A DNA stretch of 33,769 nucleotides from an uncultured Oscillospiraceae bacterium (lineage in GTDB: Bacteria > Bacillota > Clostridia > Oscillospirales > Acutalibacteraceae). Position numbers and translations under genes: made by a program. How positions within the stretch are numbered: the first letter of the stretch is position 1; each line of letters opens with the position of its first letter. The notes beneath the pieces were generated by a model. The model was given only the letters and a program-made list of their open reading frames with translations, searched no databases and was not told the DNA's origin. Below, one piece after another: positions 9,123-15,349 of this stretch. The stretch covers positions 1 to 33,769 of the forward strand of contig USQH01000001.1 in assembly GCA_900556765.1 (NCBI GenBank). Reading direction: 5' to 3'.

Positions 9123-9183
9123 AAACATGAACATTTATTCATATGTTTGATAATATACTATCACACACTGTTATATTTGTCAA
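9123..9183 (-). promoter_or_regulatory. Sigma-A-type promoter of the ATPase with an ArsR/SmtB-like operator just downstream of the -10
   Basis: On the minus strand, TTGACA (9178-9183) is followed by 17 nt and then TG-n-TAGTAT (9155-9160). An imperfect palindrome AAACATGAACATTTATTCATATGTTT (9123-9148) contains TGAACA-TT-TATTCA, one mismatch from the TGAACA-NN-TGTTCA core of 12-2-12 operators. Confidence 0.45.
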
Positions 9184-9361
9184 CATTAAAAAATAAATAA
9201 TTTTCATAATAATACTTTAACGCGCGCGAACAATAATATCATCGGACAAAAATTTACTTTTTGTTCTTAAAAAAATTACCTTTAATATCGTGTTTTTACT
9301 CGGTCACAATACTAATGCAAGCGCTGAAAACAAATTACAACGAGATAGGAGTGTATCTGAC

Positions 9362-9550
9362 ATGGCAAACAAGAATATCGTTCCTGAGGCTCGCGAAGCT
9401 CTCGACCGCTTCAAGATGGAAGCTGCTTCCGAGGTCGGTGTTAACCTCAAGCAGGGTTACAACGGCGATCTGACCTCTCGTCAGGCCGGTTCGGTCGGCG
9501 GACAGATGGTCAAGAAGATGATCCAGTCTTACGAAGCTAACATGAAATAA
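9362..9550 (+). CDS. Alpha/beta-type small acid-soluble spore protein (SASP)
   Basis: MANKNIVPEAREALDRFKMEAASEVGVNL...GDLTSRQAGSVGGQMVKKMI is the hallmark SASP sequence. An AGGAG RBS is present. The ORF-track start 9290 was trimmed to ATG 9362. Confidence 0.9.
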   Translation: MANKNIVPEAREALDRFKMEAASEVGVNLKQGYNGDLTSRQAGSVGGQMVKKMIQSYEANMK

Positions 9551-9570
9551 GCTTTTTTAAAAAGCGCAGA

Positions 9571-9601
9571 GGCGTTTTCACCGAGTGTGAAAGCGCCTTT
9601 T
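9571..9601 (+). terminator. Intrinsic terminator after the SASP gene
   Basis: 11-bp stem GGCGTTTTCAC / GTGAAAGCGCC (one G-U pair), a 5-nt loop, then TTTT. Confidence 0.7.
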
Positions 9602-9644
9602 GCCTGTGTTTTTATATTGATTTTAGGAAATTTTCTTAAATTTC

Positions 9645-9672
9645 TTGACAAATGCAATTTTTGGGGTATAAT
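9645..9672 (+). promoter_or_regulatory. Consensus sigma-A promoter for tRNA-Gln
   Basis: TTGACA (9645-9650), a 16-nt spacer, then TATAAT (9667-9672), 13 nt before the tRNA 5' end. Confidence 0.75.
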
Positions 9673-9685
9673 AACTCTTGTTCGG

Positions 9686-9760
9686 TGGGGTATCGCCAAG
9701 CGGTAAGGCATTGGACTCTGACTCCAACAGTCGGTGGTTCGAATCCATCTACCCCAGCCA
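9686..9760 (+). tRNA. tRNA-Gln (anticodon CUG), CCA encoded
   Basis: Hand-folded cloverleaf. Acceptor TGGGGTA/TACCCCA, anticodon stem TTGGA/TCCAA with loop CTCTGAC, and T-arm GGTGG-TTCGAAT-CCATC. The 5' half is nearly identical to E. coli tRNA-Gln (UGGGGUAUCGCCAAGCGGUAAGGCA). Confidence 0.9.
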
Positions 9761-9762
9761 AA

Positions 9763-9794
9763 AAATCCTCGTTCTTCGGAACGAGGATTTTTTT
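9763..9794 (+). terminator. Intrinsic terminator after tRNA-Gln
   Basis: 12-bp perfect stem AAATCCTCGTTC / GAACGAGGATTT with a TTCG loop and a T-tract running to 9794. Confidence 0.85.
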
Positions 9795-9973
9795 ATGTGT
9801 TTCTTTTTGAATGTTCATCATTCATTTTACAGAATCTTAGAATGAATATTGCACGAATTGAATTTTACGCGAATATTGACCGGCAAACTCGCAGCCCTGC
9901 GCTTCCGCTGTTTTTGCAGATTTTACGAAGTCTGTACTGTCGGTTGGTTTTGCAATTCTTTCGGTGCCGCCTA

Positions 9974-10108
9974 TTCGATCAGCGGTACGCCATCCTGTTC
10001 CGGCAGACGAAAGGTATAGAAGATTGCAATCGGGTTGCCGCAGGTGCGGGAATACTTTATCGGCTTTTCATAGACCTCGATCCGCCGGATAAACCCCCGC
10101 AGCAGTTC
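9974..10108 (-). pseudogene. C-terminal remnant of a large serine recombinase (DUF4368-like tail)
   Basis: The minus-strand frame reads ELLRGFIRRIEVYEKPIKYSRTCGNPIAIFYTFRLPEQDGVPLIE*. An in-frame TGA lies immediately upstream. The IEVYE...I.I.Y.F pattern matches the C-terminal domain of TndX-like recombinases as I remember it. Confidence 0.4.
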
Positions 10109-10312
10109 TCAAGCAACACAACTTTGCCTCTCTCTTGCCGACACTGTCAGCGGTATGAGAGAGGCAACCGTAATTGACGCAAAAGCAACCGACAACAGCC
10201 TTGTAATTTGTCTTTTGCGATCTTTATGTGATCTTTATTTTAATAAACATCTCTCCCGAAACTATACTATGATCGGCACAGTTGTACATATATATACCCG
10301 ACCTAAAAACTT

Positions 10313-11401
10313 TTAATCTACCTTTTCTATATAACCGCTGATTGCTTGCGAATACATATTATCGTCCGTCACCGGTTTATAGCGTTTTCCGTCATACACA
10401 TCCGTGAAGCCGTTTGTCGCACGGTAAATTTCATTTGTTTGTGTATCGTAAACGCGCTCGTAGCCAAGCGTTGCGTCGCTTTGCTTTTGGCTCATAATGT
10501 CTTGGCTCTTATTGCGATTTTCCCATGAGGACATAATGCCGTCCATTGATTCATTAAAATTCTTACTGATCTGCTTTGAAAGCGCAAGCTGATCGTTGCT
10601 TGCCTTATTTGTAGCATCGATAAAACTGTCGGTATACTTAAGGCTTGCCAGACACTTGAAGAGAACTTCACTCCATTCAAGCAATGTGTCCTTGACTGCG
10701 GTAACGCCCATTACATTGTAAGCCATGTAGTAGCCGCCGTCCACTGTTTGCAACTGATAGTTTATAACCGTGCCGTCCGAAATAGGAAATTTGCCGAAAT
10801 CCACAACACTGGCGGTAAACATTCCTTCCGCCGGGCCTGCATCATCAGTATAATCAGCGCGCAATATTTCATCACCGAGAGAAAAAGTACCGTATTCGCT
10901 CTTTGCGGCAAAGCGATCTGTAACCACAAAACCGTCCAAAATAGTTTTGAACAAGCCCTCTGTTGACGGGTCCTCCAATACCGGTGCTTTGGCAAATTGC
11001 GCGGCCGTCTGATCGCCGCTGTTATACATCTTCTGCCACACATCCTTGCCGGTCTGCGAATGCAGAAGCGGTTCCATCTTCAGTATGAAGAACATCGTAT
11101 TGCGAGTATCATTGGGATCGTTTACGAAAATGTAGCTTTTTATGTTCGCTCCGCCGGTCGTAACTTTCCACCCCTTGGGGATAGTTATACTGAAATCGGA
11201 TGTTTCGTACTTTTCCAGCTGCACGGATTTTGCTTCTGCTTGCGTTATCTTAATTTTTTTGTCTGCGTCCTCAGTTGTAACAACAGTATCGATATCTGTA
11301 TTGCTGCTTTCAATCCCGGTCTTTCCTTTGCATCCGCTCATAGAAAGCATCATGGTTGCAACTATGATAAACGCCATTGCTTTAATAATCCTCTTATTCA
11401 T
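10313..11401 (-). CDS. Lipoprotein, function unknown (low-GC gene)
   Basis: Signal peptide with a lipobox (MNKRIIKAMAFIIVATMMLSMSGC). GAGGAAAGG RBS. Codon usage is visibly more A/T-ending than in neighbouring genes. Confidence 0.75.
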   Translation of the reverse strand: MNKRIIKAMAFIIVATMMLSMSGCKGKTGIESSNTDIDTVVTTEDADKKIKITQAEAKSVQLEKYETSDFSITIPKGWKVTTGGANIKSYIFVNDPNDTRNTMFFILKMEPLLHSQTGKDVWQKMYNSGDQTAAQFAKAPVLEDPSTEGLFKTILDGFVVTDRFAAKSEYGTFSLGDEILRADYTDDAGPAEGMFTASVVDFGKFPISDGTVINYQLQTVDGGYYMAYNVMGVTAVKDTLLEWSEVLFKCLASLKYTDSFIDATNKASNDQLALSKQISKNFNESMDGIMSSWENRNKSQDIMSQKQSDATLGYERVYDTQTNEIYRATNGFTDVYDGKRYKPVTDDNMYSQAISGYIEKVD

Positions 11402-11782
11402 AAGCCTTTCCTCGCTTTTTCCTTGACGCAATTTCAAAGTTAATAGCGTATATATTTATACACGATAATTATAGCATAAACAGCATTGTGACCGTAGCAT
11501 GTTTTCCAAAATGTCAATTGACTCTTTTGGAAATTCGTCTTGTAAAGCCCTTTCTCTTTACGAAAAAATGCTGTATTGTATAATGATGTTAAATAAATCA
11601 TAACGGAGCAGAATTTATGAAATTCAGCAAAAATAAAATGCGCAGAACAGTATTTTTCCGAACTTTCTGAAAGTATCTGGTGCCGCTGCGCTTTTGAGCA
11701 AAGCGATCGCCGTATACCATGCCGACGGCAAATACTATCTCACAAAGTCCCTGCGCGGCCGCTTTTTTGCGCGGCAGTCGTA

Positions 11783-12298
11783 CTACGACAGGGGAACCGC
11801 CACCGCCAGTATCTCTCCGCAGGCGATCATTGGCCCCGAATTGCCCGACGGCTGGCTGTTAAAATCATCCTGATGCGCGTGGATGATGACCGTCCTGCCG
11901 ATCACATCGGTAGCCGAAAACCGATTCGTCAGCACGGCGTACCACGCGTGACCCGCGTTTCCGAACAGCGGCGGCAGGTCGCCCGCGTGAAACGGATGTT
12001 CACAGCCGTTCGGGTTAAAATGCCCGTCGGCGTCTGCGAACGGATCGGCGGCAGTTCCCGTGCAACTGCTTCCCGAGTGGATATGCAGCGCAAATATCGG
12101 CAGATCGCATCGACCGCTGCCCTGCGGCAAGCCGTATATGTCGGGAACTACGTAAACTCCCTCCTCCGCCTGATAAAAACAGACGGTGCCGCTGATATTC
12201 GGATACTGCGGCGAGCCTTCGACGAAAGCTATGGCGGTCGGCTGACTGCGCCACAGCGCGAAAAACACATCGGCGGGTAAATATCGGTTATTGTTCAT
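11783..12298 (-). CDS. Cu/Zn superoxide dismutase family protein, no signal peptide
   Basis: HIHSGSSC, GHFNP, EHPFHAGDLP, IIHAHQDD and GPMIACG cover the SodC Cu and Zn ligands. GGAGG RBS before ATG 12298. The 137-aa upstream extension in the ORF track (to 12709) was rejected. Confidence 0.8.
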   Translation of the reverse strand: MNNNRYLPADVFFALWRSQPTAIAFVEGSPQYPNISGTVCFYQAEEGVYVVPDIYGLPQGSGRCDLPIFALHIHSGSSCTGTAADPFADADGHFNPNGCEHPFHAGDLPPLFGNAGHAWYAVLTNRFSATDVIGRTVIIHAHQDDFNSQPSGNSGPMIACGEILAVAVPLS

Positions 12299-12810
12299 AA
12301 AAAATCGCCTCCGACACATTGTATGCCGCCAACGGTGACCGCATGAAAACGTAAAATCACACAACTGCAATGACATCGCGCTTAAAAAGCCGCTTGCAGC
12401 CGCATTATAATAGCCGTTACAGCCTATCACAACCGGCGCAAATTGCCGTCGGCAGCAAATACCGCTCATAAACGGCGTGCTTTGCCCCAAAAAGCGCATA
12501 CCTTTTACAGACGGCGTGACTCGTCGGAAGCGCACGGCAAACTGACCGATAATGCACCGCGTCGCCCTCTCACGCGCAGCTCTGCAATCCGCATGGCACG
12601 CGCTGTCGGTCGGAAACCCCTTGGTTCTTGCATACAGTTTCCATTTTTGACAAGGGGATTTACACGCACTGCGCCACCCGTTCACGCGTGCATAATTCAC
12701 ACTGCACATTTGCCTCTCTGCATTTTTGAACGTCGGTTATTCAGCGCTGTCAGATAAATTACGAGATAGTCGAAATCGCGCATATTACGGGTTTTTACGG
12801 CATTTTCCTC

Positions 12811-12839
12811 TTGATAAGCATAATGTCGTGTGATATACT
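12811..12839 (+). promoter_or_regulatory. Extended -10 sigma-A promoter positioned for a leaderless DUF2752 mRNA
   Basis: TTGATA (12811-12816), 17 nt, then TG-a-TATACT (12831-12839). Only 7 nt separate the -10 from ATG 12847, and there is no RBS. Confidence 0.55.
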
Positions 12840-12846
12840 TTAACAA

Positions 12847-13206
12847 ATGGTACATATAAATAATTTTAAATTAAAATTGGTACTGACTCTGCTGTTTGCC
12901 GCCGCCGTTGCGGTAATGTGGATGCTGGACGCAAAATGTATTTTTTTATCGCTTTTCCACTTTCCCTGCCCCTCGTGCGGAATGACACGCGCATGGATGT
13001 TCGCCTTGCGGCTTGATTTTGCAGGAGCGATGGCTTATCATCCGATGTTTTGGTCGGTACCGTTGCTTTACCTGTATCTGCTGTTTGACGGTCGTCTTTT
13101 CGGAAAAAAGGCGCTTGACCGCACAGTTTTGATCACCGTTGCAGTCGGCTTTGCGGTAACGTACGTTTATCGGCTCGCCGTCGCCGACAGTTTAATATGT
13201 TTATAA
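12847..13206 (+). CDS. DUF2752 domain membrane protein
   Basis: The CPSCGMTRA motif and four hydrophobic helices are characteristic of DUF2752. Confidence 0.75.
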   Translation: MVHINNFKLKLVLTLLFAAAVAVMWMLDAKCIFLSLFHFPCPSCGMTRAWMFALRLDFAGAMAYHPMFWSVPLLYLYLLFDGRLFGKKALDRTVLITVAVGFAVTYVYRLAVADSLICL

Positions 13207-13240
13207 AACCTGATATACAGGTATATTGGAGGTTTTTTCA

Positions 13241-13648
13241 ATGATTTGCAGAAATTGCGGAAATCAAATGGATAATGCTGCCGTAGTGTGCGTTAAATGC
13301 GGTGTTGCCGCCGGTCAAGGTCAGAACTTTTGTCCTAACTGCGGCGCACAGACTACCCCCGGTGCCGTAGTATGCACTCAGTGCGGCGTAGCCCTGGCTC
13401 AGCCGATTCCGGCAGGTGAGCAGAAATCAAAGATTGCTGCCGGTCTGCTCGGTATTTTCCTCGGCGGTGTCGGCGTACACAATTTTTATCTCGGTTACAC
13501 CGGCAAAGCAGTCGCACAGCTTCTTATCGCCGTGCTTACCTGCGGCATAGGAGCCACTGTCACCAGCATTTGGGGACTGGTCGAGGGTATAATGATCCTT
13601 ACAGGCTCGATTGACAAGGACGCAAAGGGCATTCCGCTCAAGGACTGA
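13241..13648 (+). CDS. TM2 domain protein with double zinc-ribbon N-terminus
   Basis: GGAGG at 13228-13232. MICRNCGNQM...CVKCG...CPNCGAQ...CTQCG, followed by a TM2-like segment GIFLGGVGVHNFYLGYTGKAVAQLL. Confidence 0.8.
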   Translation: MICRNCGNQMDNAAVVCVKCGVAAGQGQNFCPNCGAQTTPGAVVCTQCGVALAQPIPAGEQKSKIAAGLLGIFLGGVGVHNFYLGYTGKAVAQLLIAVLTCGIGATVTSIWGLVEGIMILTGSIDKDAKGIPLKD

Positions 13649-13667
13649 TCCGTATACGCACGAAAAA

Positions 13668-13696
13668 GGCCGTCGGTACACCGACGGTCTTTTTTT
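13668..13696 (+). terminator. Intrinsic terminator
   Basis: Stem GGCCGTCGG / CCGACGGTC with a 4-nt loop, followed by T7. Confidence 0.8.
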
Positions 13697-13759
13697 ATTC
13701 TCGTTATTTATGCGCGTTTTTCAATATACGTTTGTGTGATCGCACCGACAGCATCACAT

Positions 13760-14095
13760 TCAGCCGATCATAGCCTTTACCAGCGAATAGAGCAGGAATA
13801 TAGCGGCGATTACCGCCGCCGTGCAAAGGCAGGTGGTCACCGCCGTTTTGCGGGCGGCACGTGACTGCTCACGATCCCGTTCGGACGGGTGTGCCTCAGC
13901 CGCCGCGGTTTGGCTGGATGCGGTCTGAGAGATTGCGCTGTCGGCAGTCTTGTTCTGAACCGGTGAAGTTCCCGACATAGCGACTTCGGTCGGTGCGGTT
14001 TCGGCGGCGTGCGCCTGACGCGCACCGCATTTGAAGCAGTATTTTTCTCCGTCGTTGAGCTTTGCTCCGCAGTCTTGGCAAAACATTTTCATCAC
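13760..14095 (-). CDS. Zinc-ribbon membrane-anchored protein (hypothetical)
   Basis: MFCQDCGAKLNDGEKYCFKCGARQ, a low-complexity linker, then a C-terminal TM helix. The start is ambiguous (GTG 14095, ATG 14092 or ATG 14086). A TTGACT-18-TATAAT promoter lies on the minus strand at 14103-14132. Confidence 0.7.
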   Translation of the reverse strand: MMKMFCQDCGAKLNDGEKYCFKCGARQAHAAETAPTEVAMSGTSPVQNKTADSAISQTASSQTAAAEAHPSERDREQSRAARKTAVTTCLCTAAVIAAIFLLYSLVKAMIG

Positions 14096-14336
14096 CGTGT
14101 TTATTATATATTACAGCTGCCGGAAAAGTCAAATCCGGCGTTTTTTTGCACGAAAAATCCTCATTGTCAAAGAAAAAACAGCGTGTTAAACGCCGAGGGA
14201 TTCCCGACCGACAGCGCGCACCGTGTAAATTGCGGCTCAGTGCGTGGATGTGTAGCATCGCACGTGCAATTAAACGCCTCCGCCACGCCATGCGGTGCGC
14301 CTGTTCGCCAAGCTATAACTTAGTTCTGCAGTGCGG

Positions 14337-15170
14337 CTATTCACCGAGTTGTAGCTTAGTCATACGCGCCCAATGAAAAATATACTGCTGCACGATGCCT
14401 GCGTACGGCACTGCCGCCTGCGGCAATCCCGAGTCGCCGAAAAGCTGCGCCATCGCGCGCCTGATCCACACATCAACCGGGAAGCACTCGATACGACCCC
14501 AGCCGAACAACAGCGCGCAGTCAGCGACCTTCGGCCCGACGCCGTTAACGGTCATGAGCGTCTTTCTCGCCTCGTCTATCGGCGCGTCGTACAGCACCGC
14601 CGCGTCTATCTCGCCCGACGCGAATTTTCGCGCCGCGTCCAAAATGTATTTTGCGCGGAATCCGCTCCTCAGCGGTGCCAGATCCTCCACGCAGAGCGGT
14701 GCGAGCGTCTTTGCGTCCGGGAATGTAAATCCGCCGTTTGCCAGCGGCTCGCCGAAGCTCTCGCACAGCCGCCCGATGATGCCCTTTATGCGCGGAATAT
14801 TGTTGTTCGCCGATATTATAAAGGAGCAGACCGCCTCCCACGGCTCCTGCCGCAGGATATGTATGCCGCCGGCGAACTCTATCGCCTGCGCTATGATGGG
14901 ATCGCCCGACACCGCCGCCTTAACAGCACCGTAGTCGCGGTCCATGTCGAAGTAGCCGCGCCATATCCGCTCGTATTCGTCGACGTCGACGCCGAGCAGC
15001 GTGACCCTGTCGCCCGTTTGAGTCAGGCGCAGCTCTCTGCCGAGGGCGATGCCGCTCCACACGCCGTCCTGCTCGCTCCAGCGAAAAGCCTGACCGCAGT
15101 CGAGCGTCTGCGCGACGTTCATATCGGTGGTAATGACGGTGTTTGCGCCGTCGTAGGTTACCTTGTTCAT
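14337..15170 (-). CDS. ogg: 8-oxoguanine DNA glycosylase, OGG1-type (HhH-GPD)
   Basis: VNGVGPKVADCALLFGWGRIECFPVDVWIRR aligns with the human OGG1 active-site segment GVGTKVADCICL...VPVDVHMW, including the catalytic Lys and Asp. An N-terminal CGQAFRW motif is present. Confidence 0.85.
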   Translation of the reverse strand: MNKVTYDGANTVITTDMNVAQTLDCGQAFRWSEQDGVWSGIALGRELRLTQTGDRVTLLGVDVDEYERIWRGYFDMDRDYGAVKAAVSGDPIIAQAIEFAGGIHILRQEPWEAVCSFIISANNNIPRIKGIIGRLCESFGEPLANGGFTFPDAKTLAPLCVEDLAPLRSGFRAKYILDAARKFASGEIDAAVLYDAPIDEARKTLMTVNGVGPKVADCALLFGWGRIECFPVDVWIRRAMAQLFGDSGLPQAAVPYAGIVQQYIFHWARMTKLQLGE

Positions 15171-15349
15171 TATTTTGCCGCTCCGTTACCGTAAAAATGA
15201 ATTTTGTATATAGCCATTATAGCAAATGTGTGATATAATTTACAACAGTATTGATGCCCGACGGCGGAAGATTTCTCCGCTCGGCGGAGCAAAACGCACA
15301 AATTCCCTTTTTGTCCGTAACTATATTTGCAAAGCGCGGAGGAAAAACG

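Noticed and set aside
9240-9361. Forespore sigma-G promoter upstream of the SASP gene
   Set aside because: AATACTA at 9306-9312 resembles the CATnnTA -10 element. No acceptable GnATR -35 lies at 17-18 bp spacing, so the promoter is not called.
9734-10177. 147-aa plus-strand ORF overlapping tRNA-Gln and its terminator
   Set aside because: It starts inside the tRNA and has no RBS. The only protein-like signal in this stretch is the minus-strand recombinase remnant.
14120-14148. Plus-strand terminator-like hairpin GCCGGA-N9-TCCGGC followed by T7
   Set aside because: No plus-strand gene ends upstream of it, and the TM2 gene already has a strong terminator at 13668. The hairpin overlaps the -35 region of the minus-strand zinc-ribbon gene promoter, so it is probably incidental.
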